DNA from: Cenococcum geophilum
Lineage: Eukaryota
Length of the DNA: 64,000 nucleotides
Assembly (NCBI GenBank): GCA_050273025.1
Contig: CP158635.1
Location: forward strand, 23,808,001 to 23,872,000
Direction: 5' to 3'
The position numbers and the translations under genes were made by a program. The notes beneath the pieces are model-generated. The model was not told where the DNA came from and ran no database searches. It saw only the letters and a program-made list of their open reading frames with translations. Positions 27,601 to 40,117 of the stretch are shown here, one piece after another (position 1 is the first letter of the stretch; each line of letters starts with the position of its first letter).

Positions 27601-30600
27601 AGAAATAATTAGAGGACTAAAGAAGCGAGTAATATATCTTAGTACCTATAAATAAAGTTATAACGTTTAGATTAGTATAATAAAGGTTTAAACTTAAAGA
27701 TAAAAACAAGTTAAGAGTTAACCTAAAGCACCTAGCATACCACACACTATTATAGATTGCATATATAGACAATATATACGAGATATATAAGAATCCAAAA
27801 GAAAAGAATTAGAAATACCCTATAAGGATATACTAAATAATAGACGAGTAATAGTACAAGAATGCCAAATATATATATAGATAGCATCCAGCAGAAGTCT
27901 AAGAGGAAGGAAGTCTAGTACTTTAACTAGGGAGATTCCTTACAGAAGAATACTTAGACGGATAACGTTGGTAGGAATGCCCAGAAAATATATATCTATA
28001 GTATATTAAAGACAAGAAGCGAACTAGGCATTAGCTAAAGAGTAAGCTAAGTATATAAGGATTAAGCAGCTAATAGTTAGGAAAAGTAGAGGCCCATAGA
28101 ACTAGAAGGAGCTAGTAGTAAAACCTTAGACCCTTAAAGGAATTTAAGGACAACACCTAAATTTATAAGTTAAATAGTAAGATTAACAGTTCGAAGCGCT
28201 AATAGATAGTGGAGCAATAAGGAACCATATCTTACTAGTAGTAGTTAAGAGAATAGGACTACCTTACAGATAGAAGGAACAACTTTACCTATTAGTTACG
28301 ATTTTAGGAGATCCAATAGCCTATAGAGGAGGGATCATTAATCTTAAAACAGGACCTATTTAGATAACTATTAGAGGGAGATAAATTAAAATGTCTTTTA
28401 ATATCCTACCATTAGGACGGGATAAGGCAGTATTAAATATGCCTTAGTTACAGGAATATAATCTAAGGATCGATTAGATTATAGGTTAAGTCAATATTAG
28501 AGATACTTAACGCCGCAAGATACGATAATAAGCCAAGTTAGTATAGTACTAAGTAAGAGCGACCTATAAAGAAACAGAAAAAGGATTAAGTTATGTACTA
28601 AAGAGATACTATAAGTATAGCAAGAAACTATAGTTACTAGAAAGTAAAAAGCTGTTAGAGTATATAGCATAGGACTATAAGATAGAATTAAAACTAGAAA
28701 TAAGTCTAAGGTTCTTTCCAATCTATAAGCTTACTAAAGAAGAAGGTAGAGCACTAAAAGAGTTTATCTAGGAAAACCTATAAAAGGGATATATTAGACC
28801 ATCGCAGTCATTAGCGGGATATCCAATACTGTTTATACTAAAGAAAAATAGCAAACTAAGGCTATATATCGACTATAGACAGTTAAATAGCATTACCAGA
28901 AAGGATAGGTATCCTTTACCCTTAATTAGCGAGATCTAAGATAGGCGTACCATTAGATTAGAATTAAGGAAGGCAACAAATAGAAGGCAGCCTTTAGGTT
29001 AAAGGAAGGACTATATAAACCATTAGTTATACAATTCGGGCTTATAAACGCACTAGCAACGTTTTAGAAGCATATTAACAATATATTAAGAGAATACTTA
29101 GATAAATTTATTATAGTATACCTTAATAATATTATTATCTACTTAATAACTAAAAAAGAATATAGGGAGCACGTTAAATAGGTCTTAAAGAGACTATAAG
29201 AAGAACAGATGCTAGTAGTAATTAAGAAATGCGAGTTCTTTACCAGGAAGACCGATTTTGTTAAATTTATTATTAAACTAAGCTAACTTAGTATAGATCT
29301 AAAGAAGATCGAGGCTATAGTGAATTGGTAAGAACTAGAGAACGTTATATAGTTAAGATTATTCCTAGGGTTTTGCAATTACAGCAGAAGGTTTATAGCG
29401 CAGTAGTTAAAAGATATTAAGCCATTTACGTAATTAATAAAGAAAGAAGAACTATAGGCATAGGGAGAGGAATAAGGGAAACTCTTTAAAAAAGTTAAAG
29501 AGTTGTTTACCTAAGAGCTAGTTTTTAAAATCTATTAACTAGGACTAAAGACGGTTGTAAAAATAGATATATTAGACTATATACTAGGGGTATACTTTAT
29601 ATAAAAATATTAAGATAGATAGCACCTAGTAGCATATTATAGTTAAAAGATAATACTACTAGACTTAAATTATAACATCTATAATAAGGAGTTATTAGGT
29701 ATAGTTATAGTATTAAAGAAATAAAAGGCATTCTTATAAGGTACGGAGAAACTATTTATAATTAAGACGGATTATAAGAACCTAATAGGATTCCTAATAA
29801 TAAAGGAACTTAACTAAAGATAGGTTAGATAGGCAGAGATGCTTACAGAATACTATTTTAAGATTTAGTATACTAAGGGTACAGATAATATATAAGCAGA
29901 TGCTCTAAGTTATAAGGCTAAACTATAGAACAATAAAAAGCCATTAGGGGCTTTACTACGAAAAGACACAGACGGATTAATTAGATATAATTATCTAAAA
30001 ATTGTAGCAACTTAGGAGAATAATAAATCAGAAAAGGTTTATAAGTTACTAGAAAGCTTTTAGGTATAGAGAATTCTAAAAGTATAGCTAGAAGATTTAT
30101 AGACGGATATATATAAGAACTAAGAAGTAAAGTATATCCTAAGAAGCATAGCGGAGCAATTTATAGAGAAATTCCATAAGGGATTAACTTAAGGACACAA
30201 TGGAGCCATGGGCTTAGTATTAAGACTCTAGGAGAAGTATATTATTAACGGAATCTAGAGCTTAGCACGGAAAGTTATAAAAGAATATCTAAATTGCTAA
30301 AGGAATAAACTAATAAGGCATAAGCTATACGGAGGGCTATAACCTATTAAAATACCAGAAAGACTATAGGAGGTTATATTATGGGACTTTATTATTAAAT
30401 TACTAAAGTTAAGAGACCCTATTACCGGATAAGATTATAACGCGATCTTAGTAATAGTAGATAAGCTTATAAAGTAGGGATACTTTATAGCATATATAAA
30501 AGAAATCTTAGCAGAAGATATCGCTAGAATCTATATTAAAGAAGTATTTATAAGATATAGAGCACTAAGCAAAATTATATTAGATAGAGATCTAAGATTT

Positions 30601-32592
30601 ATAGTAGTATTCTAGGAAGTATTCTTAGCGGAGTAAGGAGTTTAAGCAGCAACTTCTACCGTATATTATCCGTAGACAGACGGTTAAACGGAAAGATTAA
30701 ATTAGACGCTAGAGCAGTATATAAGGCATTATATTAATTACGCATAGAATAATTAGGTATCGCTATTACTAGTTATATAGTTTATATATAATATAACACC
30801 TTAAGAAGGAATAGGTATATTACTATTTAAGGCAAATTACGGATATAAGCTAAGAACATTATTGTTACTATAGTAAGTAAAGAAAATAAGTAGTATAGCC
30901 AAAGAAAGGATAAAGACATTAATAAATCTTTATATAAACCTTATAGAATTAGTAAAGAGAGTATAAAAGAGAATAAAAAAGTACTATAATGCTAAAAGAT
31001 CTAAGGGACTAGATCTTAAGGAGGGAGATAAAGTATAGCTACTATATAAAAATTTTAAAAGTTAATAACTAAGTAAGAAGTTAGACTACGTTAGACTAGG
31101 ACCTTTTAAAATTATATAAAGGATTTTACCAGTTATATTTAAGTTAAACCTACCAGCTAAAATAAAGATCTACCCTATACAGCACATTGCAATATTAGAG
31201 CTAGCATATAGGAATATTAAGCCACTAGTTTACAAGGCAGATATATATAGAGGATAAGAAAAAAACAAATAGTAAGTTTTAAAGATCGTTAATTATAAGG
31301 ACGTTAACAATAAAATATAGTACGAGGTTAAGTAGATAGGCTACACTAAGACTACCTAGGAGCTACTAGAAAATTTAAAAAATGCTATAGAAAAGGTACA
31401 GGAGTATCGGAAGAGATTAGGTTAGGTAGTATTAAAAAAGAAAAATCGCTAAAAAAATAAGTCACCTAAGGGGGACCTAGGAAGAGCAGTTACCGAACTA
31501 CTTAGATTTATTTCCTTCTCTATTAGAAGAGAATCCGTTCTTTTATCACTAAGTTCCTATAAACCTTATTCTATAAGTTTCTACTCCTTAAAACGGACCT
31601 TTTTACGGACCTTCTTAAGATGGATTAACTAAGTAGATATAGCAAGACGGGAATTAAGGGCTCTTTACTAAGCTTTAGCAGCCTTATATTCTACGTTATA
31701 AAAATAGTATAGTTCCGCTAAAGTAATAGACAGTTCATTATCTAGCTATATAGTAGCAGATTAAACATAAAACCTTAAGATAAATTAATTAGGGAACTAG
31801 ATAACTGTTAAGAGTAATAGGTTATATATATTTAGTATTAGAGACGGAGCAAATGTTATAGGATAAATAAATATTCGCTTTAGTATACTCTAAATAAGAG
31901 AATAGTTATCGTGAAAATGGGTTCGCTAATGTAATATAAACTAACCCCTCTTTTAAACAACGAGAATACGGAGACGGTATAATCTTATTAAGAGATAATA
32001 TCGCAGCGATGGTGCGAACACGACGAGCAGTTAAAGAAGAAGAAATTGCTTTAGGTATAATAAGTAACAATATTAACCAAATTAATTAGACGGATATTAT
32101 ACCTTTAGTAAATAACTTAGAGATATTTTAAATCTTTAAGGACGAAGATAAAGAGAAGGGAGATGGTATTACGGACGCTTTAAGTACAATATTATAACTA
32201 CTAGGAGAGGAGTTGGAAGAAGCTAGTTAGTTAATATAGGCACGGTCTAAGATAGAGCCGATAGAACTATATAACGAGGAATAGTAACTAAGGTTATGTA
32301 AGGGGATCTATATAATCTGTGGGATCTATATAATCTATAATAGAGCAGATAGAGCATACGTATATTATGTATAAGAAGGATTTTATAGGAGTACGGTTGT
32401 ATATTTAAGGACCCTTAGTCCCTACCTAAATAGTTCCTTCCTTATAGTGATTTTTAGAATATAATTGGAGTTAATCTGTTAGGCAACCACTCCACCAGTT
32501 ATTATTACGTTGTTGACTTCTATACTTGTATCACCTATATACCTAGCCTAATAACGAGCCCACCGTAGTTCCTGCTATAAGGTTCCGTTACA
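24687..32592 (+). mobile_element. Gypsy-4: full-length Ty3/Gypsy chromovirus (426-bp LTRs 24687-25112 and 32167-32592) with extended gag
   Basis: TSD CGGAC; gag ATG at 25158, zinc knuckle ~26160, protease ALIDSGA ~28195, RT YLNN ~29118, RNase H, integrase, LGPF, chromodomain ~31270-31410, PPT AAAGAGAAGGGAGATGG. Confidence 0.97.
31470..32058 (-). pseudogene. Antisense Cys-rich accessory ORF in the Gypsy-4 3' region
   Basis: Reads (M)PKAISSSLTARRVRT...PSPYSRCLKEGLVYITLANPFSR*LFSYLEYTKANIYLSYNI; restoring TAT>TGT gives six Cys with zinc-cluster-like spacing; 3' end approximate. Confidence 0.6.
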
Positions 32593-34991
32593 CGGACGCT
32601 AAAGAGACTAAACTATAAGAGGTAAAGTTCTTAGTAAAGCCGTAAGAGTAGTTAACTAAGTAGACTCTAATTAAGTTTAATAGAGGCTTAATTATATAAA
32701 AGGGTAACCTAATTTAGCTAACTTAGAAACGCCAAGCTTAAAACCTAAGACTTATTATAGTAAAGCCTATAGACCTTACTAGTTCCTACGGAGAAACCTA
32801 TAAGACTATAAATATGAAGGACTAATACGCTGTATAGCGTGCAAGAGGCGCCTATATTGCTATAGTCTGTTAACCTAAATCTGCCTATAATTTATCCTTT
32901 ACGGCCTAGGTAATAGATCCGTAAGAGGAAAATATTAAGCAGCTTAATAAGCGTATTTAGTGGCAAATTAACAATATAATAAGAGGACTTACTTTTGTAC
33001 CACTAGACCTAAATTTCCTTAGCATACTAGTATTTATAAATGCCTCCTTCGCTAATAATAGAGACCTATTATTATAAATTGGCTTCGTAATTATACTTAC
33101 GGACTATAATTAGGACATAAATATACTATATTAGTCTTTAATTAAATATAAATAAGTAACCCGTAGTGTACTAGCTTCTAAGCTATATGCATTAGCTTAT
33201 GGCTTTAATATAGAAGCCGTAATTAAGTTAACAATCTAGAAGATCCTATAATTAGAGTAATTACCCCTAGTCTTATATACTAATTTAAAGTCCCTTTATA
33301 ACTATATAGTTAAACTAAGTACGATATAAGAGAAGAGGCTTATAGTCGACCTAATATACTTATATTAGGCCTATAAACAACGTAAGATTATAGAGGTTAA
33401 ATAGATTAGTAGCGGAGATAACCTAGCGGACGCTATAACTAAGGCAAAGCCGTACTAAGCTCTTAAAACCCTAATTAACACAAATAAGCTTAATCTAAAG
33501 GTTATAAAATAGGTGGAACGAGACTAATGGAGCACTTGTGGTTTATTTTCGGCCCGTTAAAAGGCCGTACGGTTCATTTTACGGGCCGTAAGCAGGACTT
33601 ACGGCTAGCTTAAAGCACCGTTTGGAAGGCAACCTAGAAAGCACCTTAGGAGGGATTTCCTATATATTCCTTTTGTGTTCTACAGTCCTATTAAAACAAT
33701 TACGGAGGCTATATACAAGTAGGTCTATCTTTAAGTGCTGCTAGTATATAATTACAGCACCTAGTATACTAAACGCGTGTCTACGCGTTTGGTGCACTAA
33801 CTACTTACTTATAACTAATTAGGGGGAGGGTGCGTTAGTATATAGACTACGTAGTCTACCTTAATAGAATCGACAGTTACCACCATCTAAAAGAGCATAC
33901 GATACTATACGTATTTCGTGCCCCTGGATATAACTTACCTGTATTATTAAGTTGATACAAATAGGTACTAATAGTAGTAGTTTTTAAGATCTTACTATCC
34001 TATATATAAACTTTTCACTACCCCCTATAATGTTTAACTACTACTACTACTACTACTAGCTCTTACCCGTACGCTATATAACATCTTTACGTTAACTTTA
34101 CTAAATCTAAAGACTAGTAGATTTATAGCTATTACTTTACATAGGTATAAAGTCCGATTTTAACGGCCTTTTATAATATATATAAAGAAAGGGAAAAAGG
34201 CGCCTTTTCTATTTCTAAATAGGATAGAAATAGCTAGTAGAAAGTAGTTAATAGTATTAGGATCTTTAGAAAGAGGTATCTTCTATTAAGTTTTTAGTAA
34301 ATAAATAATAGAGAATAAAAGAATAGAAATAAATTATAAATAGAATAGGGATAGGCGTTAGGATTTATTATAGTCCCTTCTATTATTTTCTTATTATTTA
34401 GTAGTTGCTAATAACTTAATATTTAACTACAGAGCTATAAACTCCTAGCTTAAAGGTTTATAAACAACTAGTATATAGCTACTAATATATATTAAGCTGT
34501 CTAGAAAGGATTTATATACTATTAGGTACCTTATCTATATATATTGTTCTATATAGCTATACTTAGTATTTTATTAGCTACTTGCTTATCCTTTATAAAT
34601 TTATATTATATCTAGGTAGTGCGGAGCCTATTACCTTATATATATATATAGTATAATATAATATATATATAACATGCGGAACGTTAGGTACCCTACGTAA
34701 ACTTTAACCCGAGTTTAAAGGCTTTAACTTAGAGCCTTATATATAGAGTTTAATTAATATATTAATATAGATATAGATATAAGGTTTTCTAAGGGGAGAC
34801 CCCCTAGACCCCCCCTCTATAGAGCTTTTGCTTAATTTAAAAGTAGTAGTAAGGCTAATGCGCCTTAGTTACTACTAAGTAATATTATCTTACTAAGAGG
34901 ATCTATTACAGAGACTAAGGCGCCTTACTTAAGTTAGGCTTAATTTAGAAGTAATATAGTCTAATTAATATATATATATATATATATATAT

Positions 34992-35178
34992 TGTTACAGT
35001 ACGTACGGACTGTTAAGGTACGATATATAAGGTAACTGTATATAATTGACAAACGATGTCGTGTGAGGATCTATATAGGAGGTAAGGCGGTATATATACA
35101 CGTCGCTCAGGGGTTAGGTCCGTGCTCGTGTCATAGCAACACCAAGTTATAACAATGCGTTAGGTTAGTGCTGTGACA
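34992..35178. mobile_element. 187-bp solo LTR inserted in a (TA)n tract
   Basis: Inverted ends TGTTACAGTAC...GTGCTGTGACA; TSD TATAT. Confidence 0.85.
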
Positions 35179-35409
35179 TATATATATAAGGCTTTTTAAA
35201 AGGAGATCCCCTAGATCCCCTTATAGAGCTTTTAAAAGTAGTAGTAAAGCTAAGGCGCCTTAGTTACTGCTAGGTAGTATTATCTTATTAAAAGGATCTA
35301 CTATAGTAACTAAGGCGCCCTATTTAAATTAGTCTTAAGTTAGAAGTAATATATATATACCTCCGTCGCGTTGCGCTATAGGGGCTGCTTTGTAATAAGG
35401 GGTAAGCTT

Positions 35410-36600
35410 TAGGTAGAGGCTTATATAGAGCTTTAATAGAGGCTTATATAGAGCTTTAATAGAGGCTTATATAGAGCTTTGATAGAGGCTTATATAGAGC
35501 TTTAGTAGAGCCTTATATAAAGCTTTATATAGAGCTATATATAGAGCTTTATATAGAGCTATACGTAGAGCTTTATGCAGAGCTTTGTATAGAGCTATAT
35601 ATAGAGCTATACGTAGAGCTTTATGCAGAGCTTTGTATAGAGCTATATATAGAGCTACGTATAGAACTACGTGCAGAGCTATGTGTAGAGCTATATATAG
35701 ACGTATAGACGTGCAGACGTGTAGACGTGTAGACGTTTATACTGGCGATTAATTGCAGAGACGTTTGTAGAGACGATTGTATAGATAATTGTATAGATGT
35801 TTGATTGATCGTTTGTACGGGCGTTTGTGTAGGCGATTAATTAATTAATCGTATAGACGTTTATAGAGCCGTTTATAGAGCCGCTTATATAGACAATTAT
35901 AAAGCCTTCCTAGTATATTAGTGCTGCGTATTAGTAGAGTTTTAGAGCTCTATATTAAGCCTTGAGTAGAGCTTCGAGTAGAGCTTTGAGCTCAAGGGGG
36001 AGACCCCCTTGGACCCCCCCCCCTATGTACTACGTACTCTATTTACTGCGTGGGCAGAGGTCTTATAGAGGCTTTAGTAGAGCTTTTGCAGAGCTTTATA
36101 TAGAGCTTCGTGTAAAGCTTTAATAGAGCTATATATAGGCGTGCAGACGTTTATACGGGCGATCAATTGTAGAGACGTTTATAGAGACGATCGTATAGGC
36201 AATTGCATAGACGTTTAATTAATTATTTGTATGGGCGTTCGTACGGGCGTTTATACGGGCGATCGTGCAGACATTTATAGAGCCGTTTGTAGAGCCATTC
36301 GTAGAGACAATTATATAGCAATTAATTATATGTGCCAATTATAGAACCTTTATAGTATATTAGTACTACGTGTTAGTAGAGCTTTAGAGCCCCATATTAA
36401 GCTTTAAGTGGAGCTCTAAGTAGAACTTTAAGCTTAAGGGGGAGACCCCCTTGGACCCCCCTGCGCACTACATGCTCTACTTTACTGCGTGGCTAGTATA
36501 CTGCGTAGGTAGAGGTATTACAAAGCCATTGGTAGAGCTTTTATAGAGCTTCGTACTAAGCTTTATATAGAGCTTTTATAGGGCTTTAGTAGAGCTTAGT
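35410..36600. repeat. Minisatellite of (T/G)AGAGCT(T/A)TAT-like 10-22 bp units with a higher-order ~440-bp duplication
   Basis: Many AGAGCT cores; 35690-36060 is repeated at 36130-36520. Confidence 0.9.
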
Positions 36601-37722
36601 GTACAGCCTTCTAAAAGTATAGACCACTTGTACCTTATAATATTTTAATATTTATTACGTGGATTCTGCCATATCTTACCACGCGCGGTTTTGTTTCTAA
36701 CCAATTAGAAGCCGAATTTCTAACTAATTAAAAGTTGGCTTGGCGGAAGTTTGAAATCTAGGACCCGAAAATATAGACCACTTATACCTTAGGTTAATAA
36801 TAAATAGTAAATAAAAATGCACCTCCTAATTAATATACGGATACCCCCTACTAATTAAGTTAGAATATTACGTAAATAACATGTAGAACGTTGATCCCTT
36901 AATATAAATTTTGACCTAAGTTTATAAGTAATAAGCTAATTAATTTTAGAGCTTTATTATATAGACTTTAATTAATATATATAGAGATAAGGTTTTCCAG
37001 GGGGAGACCCCCTGGGACCCCCCTATATAGAGCTTTTACTTAATTTAGAAGTAGTAGTAAGATTAAGGCGCCCTACTTAAGCTAGGCTTAAGGATTATAT
37101 TAATTACAAATCTAGTATATATTTAGACTGCAGAGCTTAATATAGAGCCCTCTACGTAGGATCTAATATAGTAGATTATAATTCTAATTTAAAGCTTTAT
37201 ATATTAAATATTTTTAATACCTAATAACTAAATCGCCGTATAGCTAGAATTAAAGTAAGTCTACTACCCTAACTCAATTAAATACGCGTATAGGAAGAGA
37301 TATAACTATATACAGAGACGTTTAACATAATTAAGTAACCATGTCATTACTTACCTAGTTTAGACGTATAACAACACAATAGCTTAGTGATAACGTAATA
37401 GCTTAGCGCTAAGTAATGGGAGGGGGGAGGAGGGGGAGGAGATTGGGGGTGGCTTGGCTACTGCAAGAAGGTCATAATATTAGTGTAGTGTTAAACTTTA
37501 AAAATTATATCCTAGGAGCTTAATTAACGACCCCTATATAAAACATTAATAACGTTTAATTATAGAGCTTTAAACCGGCAGATCTTTTAGGAATGCCTAT
37601 TATAAGCAGCTCTAAGTATAAAATCTAAAATATTTAGTAGTGGTGTAAGTATAGGACGGGGGTATATATTTGCGTTCCTAAATGTTATTACGTAACGCAA
37701 TTTTTGGGTAACAAAAACCGCC

Positions 37723-38712
37723 ATTAACGTTGCTCAACTAACACCTACTAGAGGTTCCTCCATCCTTCCTATCTCCTCTCTTACCCGTCTCCTTATCCGA
37801 TGCTATTTATATCGCTATATTAACCAATAGATCCCTTAATAGAGACTAGGGAGGGGTATTAGAGCGCCTCTAGCTCTTATAAGGAAGAAGAAAGAAGAAA
37901 AGAGGAAGGTGTAAAGGAGGGAGTATTTATAGATAGGAGGAGGCCTGCGAATAGGAGATTAGGCAGCTATAATATAGATATTAACGTTGCTTAACTAACA
38001 CCTACTAGACGCCCCTCCATCCTTCCTATCTCCTCTCTTACTCGTCTCCTCGTTAGATGCTATTTATATCGCCATATTAACTAATAGATCCCTTAGTAGG
38101 GACTAGGGAGGAGTATTAGAGCACCTCTAGCTCTTATAAGGAAGAAGAAAAGAAGAGAGAAAGATATAGAGGAGGGAGTATTTATAGATGGGAGGAGGCC
38201 TCTAAATAAAAGATTAGGCAGCTATAATATAGACATTAATATTACTCGACTGATACCTACTAGACGTCCCTCTGTCCTTCTTATCTCCTCTCTTACCTAT
38301 CTCCTTGTTAGATGCTATCTATATCGCTATATTAACTAATAAATCCCTTAATAGGGACTAGGGAGGAGTATTAGAGCACCTCTAGCTCTTATAAGGAAGA
38401 AGAAAAGAAGAAAGGAAGGTATAGAGAAGGGAGTATTTATAGATAGGAGGAGGCCTATAAGCATAGGAGATTAGGCAGCTATAATATAGCTAGTGACGTT
38501 ACTTAACTAACATATACTAGAGGCTCCGTCCTTCCTATCCTCTCTCGCCCGTCTTATTATCTAATACTATCTATATTACCACGTCAACTAATAGATCCCT
38601 TAGTGGGGACTAGGGAGGGGTATTAGAGCACCTCTAGCTTTTATAAGAAGAAAGAAGAAGAGAGGAAGGTATAGAGGAGGAAGTATTTATAGATAGGAGG
38701 AGGCCCTGCGAG
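37723..38712. repeat. Tandem array of four ~256-bp units
   Basis: Units start at 37723, 37980, 38235 and 38492 (ATTAACGTTGCT.AACTAACACCTACTAGA...); each has a CT-rich tract followed by a GA-rich tract. Confidence 0.95.
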
Positions 38713-38819
38713 TACGTAATTTGGTAAGTACTAATAGCATAAGATTATCGTACAAGATGGGCTTAATTGCTTACCAAAATACGGGGTGTCTCTGTCCCTA
38801 TAGTAGCTACTACAATAGT

Positions 38820-39180
38820 AGAGACGCCTTAAATATTTAATATAACCGACTACTAAGGCTATTAATAAGTAAAAGGTAGGCTACCGATATAGTACGAATG
38901 ATGTAGTTATTAATATTGTTTATAGCCTATTTTTGCTTCTAGTATACGCGTAGATCGTCCTTATATTTAGCGTAGAGCTAGTTATAAGCAGTAAGCTAGT
39001 TTAGGTCTAGCTTTACTATTAATATAGCCGTAGGTAGTATGTCCCTTAGTATAGGCCGACTTAGTAGTTCTGGCTTTAAAAGATTATCTTTCTTTTTAAA
39101 TAGGTCGATATACTGCTATACCTTATTAGTTTTAGCTATATCTTAGATAATAAAGAACTATTAAATCCAATTAGATAGCT
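38820..39180 (-). pseudogene. Isolated fragment resembling a fungal Copia gag N-terminus
   Basis: DIAKTNKV*QYIDL...RPILRD...LTAYN*LYAKYKDDLRVY*KQK*AINNINNYIIRTI matches the VWxYIDP...Y...Q...I...I..TV pattern. Confidence 0.55.
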
Positions 39181-39783
39181 TATTAAGGATAAGGTTAATT
39201 TTAAATTCAATAAAAATCGTTATTTTTAAAATTTAATAGGTTAGGAAGGGTCTAGGTTAGGGTTTAGCTAGCGTCTTAGCAGAACTTTATTTAGACGTTC
39301 CGAACTTTTAATTTAATTCATCAGTTTAAATCACTAAAATCCAAAATTTTATCATGGGGAGCGCGATTAATAACCCCTACTAACAGCTCTAACTATGTCT
39401 AATTTTTAATTTATAAATCGGCAGATTTATAGGTAATAGTTATTATAAATAGCTCCAGGTGCAGTATATATAAAATCTTAACTATAGTATAGAGAAGTCG
39501 TGGCTGCTAATATACGGTCCTAAGTATTCTTAGAGGTCACGTAACTTCTTATATAAGCAACATTTCCGCCCTTTAAAAAAATTAAAAAATTCCAAAAATT
39601 GATTAACGCTATAGATAGCAGCAATATTAATCTGGTAGTACTGCTAATTTTCCCTATATACTATTATATGTATATCTAATAGCTTTAAAAGCGGTAAGAA
39701 GGTAGAACGGATAGGGGGGTTAAAATTTAGAAAATTAGATTTCGCGGTTAAGCTGTTTAAAAGTTAGGAAACTAAGATAAATA

Positions 39784-40057
39784 ACGTGGGTGATAGGGTT
39801 ATGACGGCGATATAGTTATAACGGTCGGCTACTACCGCCTTCCTAATGTAGATGGAACACCAAAATACTGCCAAAATGCCTTAGAAGTTGCTGTTGGGTC
39901 GTGCACGTTGTTGGGTCGTGCACGCCGTCATATCGTGCACGACCCAATCGCAATTTCTAAGGCATTTTGGCAGTATTTTGGTGTTCCATCTACATTAGGA
40001 AGGCGGTAGTAGCCGACCGTTATAACTATATCGCCGTTATAACCCTATCACCTACGT
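39784..40057. mobile_element. 274-bp fold-back Fot1/pogo-type MITE, almost un-RIPped
   Basis: TA|ACGTGGGTGATAGGG...CCCTATCACCTACGT|TA; ~125-bp near-perfect inverted arms. Confidence 0.95.
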
Positions 40058-40117
40058 TACTATATTCTCTACTTACCTCTAAGCCAGTATATAATTTCCT
40101 AATTAGGAAAAGTCGTT

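Larger units (their letters stand above)
20110..33963 (+). mobile_element. Copia-2: full-length GalEa-like Copia (219-bp LTRs 20110-20328 and 33745-33963); RT interrupted by Gypsy-4
   Basis: TSD GGTAC; gag, protease IDIG, integrase YRRFGH..C..C, RT GL*TDNTL, RNase H, in Copia domain order. Confidence 0.96.
34620..36800 (-). mobile_element. Probable non-autonomous Helitron-derived element (repeat-rich, non-coding)
   Basis: 36657-36800 is homologous to 45219-45370, the 5' end of the RepHel element, including an identical terminal 30 bp; 34670-34945 is homologous to 36877-37090; left boundary approximate. Confidence 0.6.

Noticed and set aside
33969..34600. RIPped sequence flanking Copia-2 (also 19863-20109)
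   Set aside because: No motif or terminus I could assign; left unannotated
35410..36600. Repeat arrays here and at 45930-46320 as CRISPR
   Set aside because: No unique spacers, degenerate tandem units, eukaryotic context, no cas genes
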